64,000 nucleotides of DNA from Leucoraja ocellata (taxonomy: Eukaryota): contig JAWMAR010001356.1 of NCBI GenBank assembly GCA_036785375.1, positions 124,001 through 188,000 of the forward strand, written 5' to 3'. Shown here piece by piece: positions 49,893-64,000 of this stretch. Positions within the stretch are counted from its first letter, which is position 1. Each line of letters opens with the position of its first letter. A program made the translations under genes and the position numbers. The notes beneath the pieces are model-generated. The model did not search any database. It was not told the DNA's origin and worked only from the letters and a program-made list of their open reading frames with translations.

Positions 49893-52270
49893 CTGACAGA
49901 TTGACAAAGTCAGACAATTCAAATTAATACACCACTAATGATTCAAAATCTCCCACCACCTTCATCCCACCCTTAATCTCACAGCAATACTTTTAACGAC
50001 AAGGATTTGAAGGGCCTCAGCTCAGGGCCAGGTTGGGCAGGCAAAGAGGAGGCAGAAACGGGGCAAGAGAGAGGGTGTCCGTGCTAGGCTGAGAGATAAT
50101 GCTAGCTGGCCGGCCAGCTCTCCCATCTATCCTACTCTCCAACGTCCGCTTCCTGGAAAACAAACTGGACAACATCCAACTACAGAGGAGTACACAGCGA
50201 GAGACTAGGGACTGCTGTGTCTGTGTTTTACTGAGACATGGCTCAACGATCGAGTCCCGGACGTGGCCATTCAGCTAGCCGGGCTAGTCTCGCACCGAGC
50301 CGACAGAGACCCATCACAGGTACACAAAAATGCTGGAGAAACTCAGCGGGTGCAGCAGCATCTATGGAGCGAAGGAAATAGGCGACGTTTCAGGCTGAAA
50401 CCCTTCTTCAGACTGATGGGGGGTGGGGGGCAGAAGGAAGGAAAAAGGGAGGAGGAGCCTGAGGGCGGGGGGATGGGAGGAGACAGCTCGATGGTTAAGG
50501 CAGGTCGAGGAACAGCTTCTTTCCGGCAGCTGTCACTCTACTAAACAACGTACCTCGGTGACTGCCAATCACCACCCCCCCCCCCCCCCCCCCCGGACAC
50601 TTATTATTTTTTTTATTTTTTTATTCGAATCGTTTGCTATGTCGCTCTTCAAGGGAGATGCTAAATGCATTTCGTTGTCTCTGTACTGTACACTGACAAT
50701 GACAATTAAAATTGAATCTGAATCTGAATCTGAATCTGAAGGGGAGGAGACAGCAAGGGCTAGCAAAACTGGGAGAATTCAATGTTCATGCCATCTGGCT
50801 GCAAGCAACCCAGGCGGAATATGAGGTGCTGTTCCTCCAATTTCCAGTGTTGCTCACCCTGGCAATGGAGGAGACAGAGAGGTCGGATTGGGAATGGGAG
50901 GGGGAGTTGAAGTGCTGAGCCACCGGGAGTTCAGGTCGGTTATTGCGGATTGAGCGGAGTTGTTCGGCGAAACGATCGCCCAACCTCCACTTAGTCTCCC
51001 CGATGTAAATCAGCTGACACCTAGAGCAGAGGATGCAGTAGATGAGGTTGGAGGAGATACAGGTGAACCTCTGTCGCACCTGGAACGATTGCTTGGGTCC
51101 TTGAATGGAGTCGAGGGGGGAGGTGAAGGGACAGGTGTTGCATTTCTTGCGGTTGCAACGGAAAGTGCCCGGGGAGGGGGTGGTGCGGGAGGGAAGGGAA
51201 GAATTGACAAGGGAGTTGCGCGGTAAGACTCGAGGTGGTGGCCTGTGTGTTTACATCAACACTGACTGGTGCAACAACTCTGTCTTAGTCTCCAAGTTCT
51301 GTTCATTGCTGGTGGAGAATGCGATTGTGAGATGTAGACCTTTTTATTTGCCACGGGAGTTTACCACAGTGCTCATTGTTGCTGTTCACATCCCCCCCCA
51401 GTGCTAATGCTAAGGAAACACTAGCTGTACTGTACTGTATGGAGCTTTATGCAATCTACAATACACACACCCAGAAGGACTGTTTATTGCCGTAGGAGAT
51501 TGTAACCGTGCAAATCTCAAAACTGTGCTTCCTAAATGTTACCAACATGTGGACTTTGCAACGAGAGGGGAGAAGGTGCTAGATCTCGTTTACACCAATA
51601 TACCCAGCACGTACAGGGTGGAGTCACGCCCCCATCTCGGATACTCAGACCACATCTCTGTCATGCTGATCCCAGCATACAGACTGCTTGTCAGATGCTC
51701 CAGACCAGCTAAAAAACAGGTGAAGACCTGGCCAGCAGGAGCCATCTCTGCTCTCCAGGACTGCATTGACTGGCACATGTTTAGGGAGGCAGCAACCACC
51801 AGCGGCACCACTGGCTTGGAGGAGTACACGGCATCAGTGACTGGTTACATCAGTAAATACATTGATGACATTACTGTCACTGAGCTCATCACCACACGTC
51901 CCCAACAGTAAACCATGGATGACTGCAGAGGTACGTGCGCTGCTGAGAGCCCGAGACACGGCCTTCAGAGCAGGCGATAAGGAGGCCCTGAGAACAGCGA
52001 GGGCCAAACTGTCCCGGGCCATCAGGGAAGCAAAGCGAGCGCATGCAAGGAAAATCCATGGCCACTTCAGTGACGGCAGGGACACACTGAAGCTGTGGCA
52101 AGGCATCCAAGCCATCACCAATTTCAGGACATCAACACCAGCCTGTGACAGCGATGCCTCTCTGCCTGATGCGCTGAACATGTTCTACACCCGGTTTCAT
52201 GCACAGAACGACGTGGTGGCGAGGAAGATCACAACCCCCCCCCCCCCCCCCCCCCCTGCGACCAGGTGGC

Positions 52271-54690
52271 TATAGAAGCATAGAAGCATAGAGACATAGA
52301 CACATAGAGACATAGAGACATAGACATATAGACACATAGAGACATAGACACATAGAGACATAGACATATAGACACATAGACACATAGACACATAAACACA
52401 TAGACACATAGAGACACATAGACACATAGACACATAGACACATAGACACATAGAGACACATAGACACATAGACACATAGACACATAGACACATAGAGACA
52501 CATAGACACATAGAGACATAGAGACATAGAAACATAGCGACATAGACACATAGACACATAGACACATAGAGACATAGAGACATAGACACATAGACACATA
52601 GACACATAGACACATAGACACATAAACACATAGACACATAGAGACACATAGACACATAGACACATAGACACATAGACACATAGAGACACATAGACACATA
52701 GACACATAGACACATAGACACATAGACACATAGAGACACATAGAGACATAGAGACATAGACACATAGACACATAGACACATAGAGACATAGACACATAGA
52801 GACATAGACACATAGACACATAGACACATAGAGACACATAGACACATGGACACATAGAGACATAGAGACATAGAGACATAGACACATAGACACATAGACA
52901 CATAGAGACATAGAGACATAGAGACATAGACACATAGACACATAGACACATAGACACATAGACACATAGACACATAGACACATAGACACATAGAGACACA
53001 TAGACACATAGACACATAGACACATAGAGACATAGAGACATAGACACATAGACACATAGACACATAGACACATAGAGACATAGACACATAGACACATAGA
53101 GACATAGACACATAGTGACATAGAGACACATAGAGACATAGACACATGGACACATAGTAACCATATAACCATATAACAATTACAGCACGGAAACAGGCCA
53201 TCTCGGCCCTACAAGTCCATGCCGAACAAATTTTTTTTCCCCTTAGTCCCACCTGCCTGCACTCGTACCATAACCCTCCATTCCCTTCTCATCCATATGC
53301 CTATCCAATTTATTTTTAAATGATACCAATGAACCTGCCTCCACCACTTCCACTGGGAGCTCATTCCACACCACCACCACTCTCTGCGTAAAGAAGTTCC
53401 CCCTCATATTACCCCTAAACTTCTGTCCCTTAATTCTGAAGTCATGTCCTCTTGTTTGAATCTTCCCTATTCTCAAAGGGAAAAGCTTGTCCACATCAAC
53501 TCTGTCTATCCCTCTCATCATTTTGAGGATGCTCACCGTCGGGGTTCGGCGTCGGCGTTCCACCAGCCTGGCGTGAGGGCCTGAACATCGGGCCACCCGG
53601 GGCGGCGACTGCGGGTGCTCGGAAGGCCCCGACCACGGATGAACACGGAGGGGAGGCTGGCTGGACTATGGTGCCTTCCTCACCTGGGTGCCATTTCTGA
53701 AGAAGGGTTTCGGCCCGAAACGTTGCCTATTTCCTTCGCTCCATAGATGCTGCTGCACCCGCTGAGTTTCTCCAGCTTTTCTGTGTAACCTGCCATTTAT
53801 GTTATGTTGTGTTGTGGACTTTATGTGTTTGTGCTTTTTAAAATTTTTTAATTCAATTTCAATTTTATTTTTAATATGTTTTATTATTTATTTATTATTT
53901 ATTTTTATTATTTTTCTTGTGATTTGTTTTTAACGATACTGCCTGTAAGGGAAATTCATTTCGTTGTCTCAAATTGAGACAATGACAATAAATTTGAATA
54001 CAATAAAATACAATACAATTAAAGACCTCTATCAGGTCCCCCCTCAACCTTCTGCGCTCCAGAGAATAAAGACCTAACTTATTCAACCTATCTCTGTAAC
54101 TTAGTTGTTGAAACCCAGGCAACATTCTAGTAAATCTCCTCTGTACTCTCTCTATTTTGTTGACATCCTTCCTATAATTTGGCGACCAAAATTGTACACC
54201 ATACTCCAGATTTGGTCTCACATAGTGACATAGAGACACATAGAGACATAGAGACACATAGAGACATAGACACATAGACACATAGAGACATACAAACATA
54301 GAAACATAGAAATTAGGTGCAGGAGTAGGCCATTCGGCCCTTCGAGCCTGCACCGCCATTCAATATGATCATGGCTGATCATCCAACTCAGTATCCCGTA
54401 CCTGCCTTCTCTCCATACCCCCTGATCCCCTTAGCCACAAGGGCTACATCTAACTCCCTCTTAAATATAGCCAATGAACTGGCCTCAACTACCCTCTGTG
54501 GCAGAGAGTTCCAGAGATTCACCACTCTCTGTGTGAAAAAAGTTCTTCTCATCTCGGTTTTAAAGGATTTCCCCCTTATCCTTAAGCTGTGACCCCTTGT
54601 CCTGGACTTCCCTAACATCGGGAACAATCTTCCTGCATCTAGCCTGTCCACACATAGACACATAGACACATAGACACATAGAGACATAGA
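52271..54690 (-). repeat. Paralogous CATAGASA array with nested CR1 (53156-54220; 54300-54648), SINE (~53525-54018) and Penelope mini-insert (53697-53790)
   Basis: Junctions read directly; cacatagt and tgccattt duplications. Confidence 0.85.
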
Positions 54691-56225
54691 AAATAGGTGC
54701 AGGAGGAGGCCATTCGGCCCTTCGAGCCAGCACCGCCATTCATTGTGATCATGGCTGATCGTCCCCAATCAATAACCCGTGCCTGCCTTTTCCCCATATC
54801 CCTTGACTCCACTACCCCAGAGCTCTATCTAACTCTCTCTTAAATACATCCAGTGACTTGGCCTCCACTGCCCTCTGTGGCAGGGAATTCCACAAATTCA
54901 CAACTCTCTGGGTGAAAACGTTTTTTCTCACCTCAGTCTTAAATGGCCTCCCCTTTGTTCTAAGACTGTGGCCCCTGGTTCTGGACTCGCCCAACATTGG
55001 GAACATTTTTCCTGCATCTAGCTTGTCCATTCCTTTTATAATTTTATATGTTTCTATAAGAATCCCCCTCGTCCTTCTAAACTCCAGTGAATACAAGCCT
55101 AGTCTTTTCAATCTTTCCTCATATGACAGTCCCGCCATCCCAGGGATCAATCTCGTGAACCTACGCTGCACTGCCTCAATCACAAGGATGTCCTTCCTCA
55201 AATTAGGAGACCAAAACTGTACACAATACTCCAGATGTGGTCTCACCAGAGCCCTATACAACTGCAGAAGAACCTCTTTACTACTATACTGAAATCCTCT
55301 TGTTATGAAGGGCAACATTCCATTAGCTTTCTTCACTGCCTGCTGTACCTGTAAGCCAACTTTCAGTGACCGGTGTACAAGGACACCCAGGTCTCGCTGT
55401 ACCTCCCCCTTATCTAACCTAACCCCATTGAGATAATAATCTGCCCCCTTGTTTTTGCCGCCAAAGTGGATAACCTCACATTTATCTATATTATACTGCA
55501 TCTGCCACGCATCTGCCCACTTACTCAACCTGTCCAGGTCACCCTGCAACCTCCTAACATCCACTTCACAGTTCACACTGCCACACAGCTTTGTGTCATC
55601 CGCAAACTTGCTAGTGTTGCTCCTAATTCCCTCTTCCAAATCATGAATATATATATGGTAAACAGTTGCGGCCCCAACACCGAGCCTTGCGGCACTCCAC
55701 TCACCACTGCCTGCCATTCTGAAAAGGACCCGTTCACTTCTACTATTTGCTTCTGGTCTGCCAACCAATTTTCTATCCATGTCAACACCCTACCCCCAAT
55801 ACCATGTGTTCTAATTTTGGTCACCAGTCTCCCGTGTGGGACCTTATCAAAGGCTTTTTGAAAGTCTAGATACACTACATCCACTGGCACCCCTTCATCC
55901 ATTTTACTTGTCACATCCTCAAAACATTCCAGAAGATTAGTCAAGCATGATTTCCCTTTCATAAAACCATGTTGACTTGGACTAATCCTTTTACTGCTAT
56001 CCAAATGCCCCATTATCACCTCTTTAATAATTGACTCCAGCATCTTTCCCATCATCGAAGTCAGGCTAACTGGCCTGTAATTCCCCGTTTTCTCTCGCGC
56101 TCCTTACGATAGCAAGAATGTCCTTCCTCAAATTAGGGGACCAAAACTGTACACAATACTCCAGGTGTGGTCTGACTAGGGCCTGTACAACTGCAGAAGG
56201 ACCTCTTTGTTCCTATACTCAAATC
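54690..56225 (-). mobile_element. CR1 fragment, paralog of 11561-13150
   Basis: Same frameshift (atatatatat) in both copies. Confidence 0.93.
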
Positions 56226-58887
56226 TTCTTGGTAGAAAGGCCATGCAAACCTCTTCTCTTGAGCTTGGCAGTCTGAATCTAGTGCCATAACTATTCATAA
56301 GTGTGTTCATACTGAATCAGATTTTGACGGTGTGAGACGCGTATTGGCTTTTGATGGTATGATACGGGAATTTGCTAGGATAAACTGAATTCAGGAAGGT
56401 CAGAGGGGGCAGACATACCCCCATCCATATAAACGGGACTGAGGTGGAGCGCGTCTCCAACTACAAATTCCTCGGGGTACACATCTCGGAGGACTTGTCC
56501 TGGTCCCTCAACACCTCCAAGCTGATCAAAAAGGCACAGCAGCGCCTTTACTTCCTGAGGAGGCTCAAGAAAGCTCACCTGTCCCCCCAGATCCTGACCA
56601 ACTTTTACCGCTGTACCATCGAAAGCATCCTGACCACCTGCTTCACGGTATGGTACAGCAGTTGCACCGTAGCGGACAGGAAGGCACTACAACGGGTGGT
56701 GAAAACCGCGCAGTACATCATTGGTGCCCCGCTCCCTGCCATGGATGCCCTCCACCGAAAACGGTGTCTGAGACGGGCTGGGAAGATCATCAAAGACCCC
56801 TCACACCCCAACCATGGACTGTTTGCCCTCCTCCCATCAGGGAGGCGGTACAGGAGCCTCAGGTCTCGTACCAGTAGGATGAGGAACAACTTCTACAATA
56901 ATACCATCACATTGCTGAACTCGGAGTCCCGCCGATAGATTTCTCCAGTCTCTCTGTCCACACCGTTCGATTTCGATTATTTTTTGATTATTCTATATTT
57001 TTATTTTTATTTCTATATTGCACTATACTATGGACTGACGCTAAACTGCATTTCGTTGTACCCATACTCGTATTTGTGCAATGACATTAAAGTTGAATTG
57101 AATTGAATTGAATTGAAATGATACTTAAAGGCTTGACGATAGATATGCAATGGCAAACATTTAAAGATCCTATGGATGAATTGCACCAATTGTTCACCCG
57201 TCAGGTGTAAAAATAAAACAGGGAAGGTGGCTCAACCGTGGCAAATAATGGAAATTAGGGAATATTAAATCCAGGCATATAAATTGGCCAGATAAAGCAA
57301 CAAACTGGGAGAAATTTAAATTTAATATTTAACAGAGGAGGACAAATGGATGAATTAAGTGGGGGTAAATAGAGCATGAAAGGAAACTTGCGGGGGAAAT
57401 ATTAGTGAAGACAAATATAGGCCCCTTACAGTCAGAAACAGGTTAATTTATACTGGGAAACAAGAAATTGGCAGACCAGTTACACAAATACTTTGGTTCT
57501 GTCTTCACTAAGGAAGACACAAACAATCTTCCAGAAGTACAAGGGGACCGAGGATCTAGTGGGAGGGAGGAAGTGAAGGGAATCCACATGATTCAGGAAA
57601 TGTTGTTAGGTAAACTGTTGGGACAGAAGACATGTAAATCCCCAGGGCCTGATGGTCTGCATCCGAAACAACACAAGGAGGTGGCCCTCAAAATCGCGCA
57701 TGTATTGGTAATCATTTTCCAATGTTCTATAGACATTTGATTAGTTCCAGTGAACTGGAGGGTACCTAATGTAACCCCGCCTTTTAAGAAAGAGGGGAAA
57801 GAGAAAACAGGGAATTATAGACCAGTTAGCCTGACATTGGTAGTGGGTTGTACAGGGCTCTGGTGAGAACACACCTGAGCATCTGGTGCAATTTTGGTCT
57901 CCTAATTTGCGGAAGGACATTCGTGTCAATGAATGAGCACAGCATAGGTTCACAGGGTTAATTCCCGGGATGTCTGGACAGACATATGATGAAAGAATGG
58001 ATCGACTGGGCTTAAATGAAGGGATTAAGATGGATGAGAGGAGATCTTATAGAACGATATATAATTCTTAAGGGTTTGGACAGGCTGAATGCAGGAAAAA
58101 TGTTCCTGATATTGGGGGTTCAGACCTATGGGTCACAGTTTAAGAATAAGGATTAGGCCATTTAGTACTGAGATGAGGAAAACCTTTTTTTTAGCAAGAG
58201 AGTTGTGAATTTGTGGAATTTTCTGCCTCAGAAGGCAGTGGAGGCCAATTCACTGGATGATTTCAAGAGAGAGCTAGATATAGTGCTTGGGGCTAATGGA
58301 ATCAAGGGATATGGGGAGAAAGCAAGAACGGGGTAATGATTTTGGACGATCACATTGAATGACGGTTTGTGCTCGATAGGCCAAACGACCTCCGCCTGCA
58401 CCTATTTTCTATGTTTTTATATTTAACTAATGTGTTCAAAGTAACCTGCGAACCCTGGTATACCTGCTTTCTGCACTGTGGGATCAATTAACCTGTTCCT
58501 TTCTATATAATTTGCTAGCCTCTGTGCCACTATGCTAAAGAAAATCTTGCCATCTACATTTAGGAGACAAACAGCCTAAACTGATTTAACTCTGGAGACT
58601 CTTTCTTCTAGGGAATGAACATTCCCCCTGCTCTATGCCAAACCCTTGGTATGACCTGCTTCTACCAAACTATTGGACAGAGCCTCTGCGAGAATCTAAG
58701 CACATCAGGTGCACTTTTATGTACCCGGTAAGGGACTCCATTCAGTCCCGGTGCAGAAGAAGCCTTTCCACGCCATATTACTGCTTCCACTTCCTTCCAC
58801 TTTTGTGGCAAAACATCTAACTCTAACATCTGTCTCCTAAGGTGGTAACTCTGGAGGGAGACACGGGCCCGATACTGGGGCCCATGA

Positions 58888-60357
58888 CGACTGAGGATTG
58901 GCGGGTAGCAAACGTAACCCCACTTTTTAAGAAGGGAGGGAGAGAGAAAACGGGGAATTACAGACCAGTTAGTCTAACATCGGTAGTGGGGAAACTGCTA
59001 GAGTCAGTTATTAAAGATGGGATAGCAGCACATTTGGAAAGTGGTGAAATCATTGGACAAAGTCAGCATGGATTTACGAAATCATGAATCTTATAGAATT
59101 TTTCGAGGATGTAACTAGTAGCGTGGATAGGGGAGAACCAGTGGATGTGGTGTATCTGGACTTCCAGAACGCTTTCGACAAGGTCCCACATAAGAGATTA
59201 GTATACAAACTTAAAGTACACGGCATTGGGGGTTCAGTATTGATGTGGATAGAGAACTGGCTGGCAAACAAGAAGCAAAGAGTAGGAGTAAACGGGCCCT
59301 TTTCACAATGGCAGGCAGTGACTAGTGGGGTACCGCAAGGCTCAGTGCTGGGACCCCAGCTATTTACAATATATATTAATGATCTGGATGAGAGAATTGA
59401 AGGCAATATCTCCAAGTTTGCGGATGACACTAAGCTGGGGGGCAGTGTTAGCTGTGAAGAGGATGCTAGGAGACTGCAAGGTGACTTGGATAGGCTGGGT
59501 GAGTGGGCAAATGTTTGGCAGATGCAGTATAATGTGGATAAATGTGAGGTTATCCATTTTGGTGGCAAAAACAGGAAAGCAGACTATTATCTAAATGGTG
59601 GCCGACTAGGAAAAGGGGAGATGCAGCGAGACCTGGGTGTCATGGTACACCAGTCATTGAAAATAGGCATGCAGGTGCAGCAGGCAGTGAAGAAAGCGAA
59701 TGGTATGTTAGCTTTCATAGCAAAAGGATTTGAGTATAGGAGCAGGGAGGTTCTACTGCAGTTGTACAGGATCTTGGTGAGACCACACCTGGAGTATTGC
59801 GTACAGTTTTGGTCTCCAAATCTGAGGAAGGACATTATTGCCAAAGATGGAGTGCAGAGACGGTTCACCAGACTGATTCCTGGGATGTCAGGACTGTCTT
59901 ATGAAGAAAGACTGGATAGACTTGGTTTATACTCTCTAGAATTTAGGAGATTGAGAGGGGATCTTATAGAAACTTACAAAGTTCTTAAGGGGTTGGACAG
60001 GCTAGATGCAGGAAGATTGCTCCCGATGTTGGGGAAATCCAGGACAAGGGGCCACAGCTTAAGGATAAGGGGGAAATCCTTTAAAACCGAGATGAGAAGA
60101 ACCTTTTTCACATAGATAATGGTGAGTCTCTGGAACTCTCTGCCGCGGAGGGTAGTCGAGGCCAGTTCATTGGCTATATTTAAGAGGGAGTTAGCTGTGG
60201 CCCTTGTGGCTAAGGGGATCAGAGGGTATGGAGAGAAGGCAGGTACGGGATACTGAGTTGGATGATCAGCCATGATCATATTGAATGGCGGTGCAGGCTC
60301 GAAGGGCCGAATGGCCTTCTCCTGCACCTAATTTCTATGTTTCTATGTTTCTATGAC
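58888..60357 (+). mobile_element. CR1, paralog of 15811-18429 lacking the Penelope insert
   Basis: RT ORF 59084-60115. Confidence 0.93.
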
Positions 60358-61398
60358 AGGCCCACTCAGTATTCAAACAACGTAAGGTCCGAAAACACAA
60401 GGCCCATTCAGTGTTGGTGTTGCATGATGCCACAGAAAGTAGGCCCAATCTCTATTCAATGTACTCTGGGCCCAATCACTTTAGATTAGATTAGATTAGA
60501 TTAGACTTTATTAATCCCCTTATTCAGGGGCAATTCAGATGTCCTTGCAACACTAATAAAAATACAACATAGCATTCAAGAAGAAATTCAACACCAAAAC
60601 ACAAAAACATCCCCCCACAGTGGTTCCTATGGAGTCCAGTCCCCATCCTCTTGTCCACCCAAAGTCGGGCCTATTGAGGCCTCCACAGTCGCCGCCACGG
60701 TTAGTCGCGGTTACCCTGATAGTGCGCTGAATGGGCCAAATGCAATCAGCCGAGAGTAGTCCAGGATACCCAACTAGTGGGATGAGTGGCTTTGTGGCTC
60801 CATGTGGCCTATTCTTATTTTGGGGGCCGATACTAACTCACTCACCCGCCATCAAAGGCCCAATCAATGTCTAAGTGAAAGCGCACCCAAGATGGGTACC
60901 AGGCAAATCGATCTGAACTAATTTACAATCCTTTGGAGTCATGCGATCCCAGCTAATTCCAGAAATGGTGGAACACGAGGTAAAACGAGAGCACATTGAG
61001 AGCAAGGTGCTGGTTCCTTCGATAAACAAATATAGCAAACTAGGTTAGGCTTTTGTAGTTCTGCTTTTATTTGTGATTTAACAGAAACATATTACAGAGA
61101 TGTTTTTAAAAGCATAACACGAAGTGGTCAAAACAACTGAATTCCACACTGAGACCAGGTACATTGAACATGTAGCTTGAGAGTCAAAGGTTAGCTCTGA
61201 ATTAAGGACAATTGAGCAAAAAAGGAGTAAATAGATATTTGCTCATATGCAGAATGTGTGCATGTGTTGTTGGGTATGTATTTACACATGCATTGACATT
61301 ACATTTATTTACAGGCCTTCGGTTAGGCCGCACTTGCAGTATAGTGTGGAGGTCCAGGTCGTCCCTTCGAGGGAATAATGTGGAGGCTTTGGAGAAGA

Positions 61399-63780
61399 AC
61401 TTAAATCGGGCGCGGGGCTTTATTTCACAGAGGCCCAGGACCGTTGGAGAGTGTGGAGGAGGGTCAGGGCGGGGAGTACTTAAATCGGGCGCGGGGCTTT
61501 ATTTCACAGAGCCCCGGGACCGTTGGAGAGCAGTGGAGGAGGGTCAGGGCTTTTACCGAAATCCGTAACGTTCCATACTCCATAGGGAGGGTTCTGGTGG
61601 AAGCCGCTGATTGGTGGAAGCAGACTAGAGGAAGCAGCTGATTGGGTGCAACCTCAGGTTAGCATTTGTGCTTTCTGGTTAAAGGTGCAGTGCTTTAGTA
61701 AAGGTACAGTGGGTTAAAGGTACAGTGGGCTAAAGGGGCAGTGGGCTAAAGGTACAGTGGGTTAAAGGTACAGTGCTTTTTGTTTATATAATTAAGGTGC
61801 AGTTTAAAGGTCAAGAGGGAGCAGCTGTTGTGCGTCAGGTACCTGCTGATATCTCCCAGCAGTTTCTATTGTAATATACTTGTATCAGATCCAGGGTAAG
61901 GCAGGAGAATGACAGTCAGAGCAGTATACTGTTCTGGATGTCAGATGTGGGAGGTCATGGTGTCGGTTGGCCCTCCAGACGTCCACATCTGCACCAGGTG
62001 CAGCGAGATGGGGCACCTAAGGGACTGTTTTAGGATCCTGGAGCAGCAGCTCGATGACGTCTGTCTGATCAGGGAGAGTGAGGAGGTCATAGAGGGGAGT
62101 TATAGGGAGGTGGTCACTCCAAAACCACGGGAGAGAGACATGTGGGTCACGCTAAGGAAGGGCAAGGGGCAGAGGCAGGGACGAGTGAGTACTCCAATGT
62201 CGGTCCACCTCGCAAATAAGTACTCCTGTTTGAGTACGGATGGGGGTGACAGCCTACCCGGGGGTAGTGACAGCGGACGGGCCTCCAGCACAGAGACCGG
62301 CCCTGTTGCCCCGAAAGGTAGGGGAAAAAAGAAGAGGGCAATAGTAATTGGGGACTCTATTGTTAGGGGGTCGGATAGGCGATTCTGTGGACGCAGTCGG
62401 GAGACCAGGATGGTGGTCTGCCTCCCTGGTGCCAAGGTCTCGGACGTGTCTCAACGCATCCAAGATATCCTGAAATCAGAGGGAGAGGAGCCTGAGGTAG
62501 TGGTACATATAGGTACCAATGACATAGGTAAAAAAAGGGAAGAGGTCCTGAAGGGAGGATTTAGTGAGTTGGGAGGAGAGTTAAGGAAAAGGATCAAAAA
62601 GGTAACAATCTCAGGATTACTGCCTGTGCCACGCGACAGTGAGAGTAGGAATGGAGCGAGGTGGAGGATAAATGCGTGGCTGAAAGACTGGTGCAGAGGG
62701 CAGGGATTCAAGTTTCTGGATCATTGGGACTTCTTTTGGGGAAGGATGGGTTGCACTTGAACCCGAGGGGGGACCAATATCCTGGCAGGGAAATTTGCAA
62801 AGGCTACTGGGGAGACTTTAAACTAGAATGGTTGGGGTGAGGGACTCAAATAGAGAAAGCTAGTAGACAGAATGGGAGGCAGGAAGCAGAAATGGGAAGC
62901 ACTCGGACACAAGAGAAGAAAGAAAAAAAAGGAAATAAACAGAGAGTAAGAGGCGGGGGGTTTCTTAAATGTGTATATTTTAATGCGAGGAGCATTGTAA
63001 GAAAGGTGGATGAGCTTAGATTGACACCTGGAAGTATGATGTTGTGGCGATCAGTGAAACGTGGTTGCAGGAGGGCTGTGATTGGAAACTAAATATTCCA
63101 GGATTCCGTTGCTTCAGGTGTGATAGAATTGGAGGGGCAAGAGGTGGAGGTGTTGCATTGCTTATCAGGGAAGATATTACAGCAGTGCTTTGGCAGGATA
63201 GATTAGAGGGCTCGTCTAGGGAGGCTATTTGGGTGGAATTGAGAAGTGGGAAAGGTGTAGCAACACTTATAGGGGTGTATTATAGACTGCCAAATGGGGA
63301 ACGAGAATTGGAAGAGCAAATATGTAAGGAGATTGCAGATATTAGTAGTAAGCACAAGGTAGTGATTGTGGGAGATTTCAACTTTCCACACATAGACTGG
63401 GAAACACATTCTGTAAATGGGGTGGATGGTTTGGAGTTTGTAAAATGTGTGCAGGATAGTTTTTTTCAGCAATACATAGAGGTACCTACTAGAGGAGGTT
63501 CAGTGCTGGACCTCCTGTTAGGAAATGAGACGGGACAGGTGGCGGAGGTATGCGTTGGGGAGCACTTCGGGTCCAGTGATCACAATACCATTAGTTTCAA
63601 TATAATTATGGAGAGGGTCAGAACTGGACCTAGGGTTGAGATTTTTGATTGGAGAAAGGCTAACTTTGATGAGATGCGAGATGATTTAAAAGGAGTGAAC
63701 TGGGACATTTTGTTTTATGGGAAAGATGTAGAAGAGAAATGGAGGACATTTAAAGGGGAAATCTTAAGGGTACAGAATCT
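61399..63780 (+). mobile_element. 5' part of the full-length CR1 paralog (ORF1 61909-62760, endonuclease)
   Basis: Same 5' junction and the same inactivating deletions as 19462-24128. Confidence 0.93.
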
Positions 63781-64000
63781 TTAGAGGGCTCGTCTAGGGA
63801 GGCTATTTGGGTGGAATTGAGGTACAGTGGCCTCTGCAGCCTGTCCGTGTTTTTGTTATTTTTTGTCTGTGTTTCTGTGTAGTTTTTGTTATTTTATGTT
63901 GGGGTGTGTGGGGGGGGTGGGGGGGTGGGGGTGGGGTGGGAGGGGGGGGGAAACTTTTGAATCTCTCCCTGCACTGGAGACCCGACCTTTCTCGTCGGGT

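Larger units (their letters stand above)
48615..63780 (+). repeat. Segmental duplication copy 2 (probably continues beyond the window)
   Basis: Direct-orientation copy of 1803-22060 with point differences and TE presence/absence differences. Confidence 0.95.

Noticed and set aside
60601-60625. RSS-like acaaaaac and cacagtg; other cacagtg/cactgtg heptamers at ~639, 2372, 4461, 39873 and 47364
   Set aside because: Wrong order or spacing, or no nonamer at 12 or 22-23 bp; most lie inside repeats; no adjacent V, D or J.

Overview
Eukaryotic, repeat-dense window, most likely from a cartilaginous fish. The Ig sequence and the repeat mix look skate/ray-like; this is an inference. The only clear host gene is an IgM heavy-chain constant region on the minus strand: Cmu2, Cmu3, Cmu4 plus secretory tail, TM1 and TM2 (37436 to 24641). 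All these exons are open with canonical splice sites. No leader, V, D, J or Cmu1 is recognisable in the 26.5 kb of gap-free sequence upstream. That upstream sequence instead contains a 28S rDNA fragment, an unexplained CpG-rich block, two fused DIRS halves and a second copy (48.6-63.8 kb) of the gene's own downstream flank (1.8-22 kb). This fits a tandem segmental duplication that produced a 'headless', CH1-less Cmu cassette, or alternatively a haplotype mis-assembly. The rest is nested mobile DNA: CR1 LINEs (one full length), Rex1/Babar, L1, a Hero-like RT, Penelope-like elements with minimal hammerhead-ribozyme motifs, a near-complete DIRS1-type element, SINEs, a hAT MITE and a ~4 kb CR1-tail-derived 8-mer array. 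Three homologous 29-nt micro-exon candidates of an unidentified gene are also present. Three N-gaps limit some conclusions.
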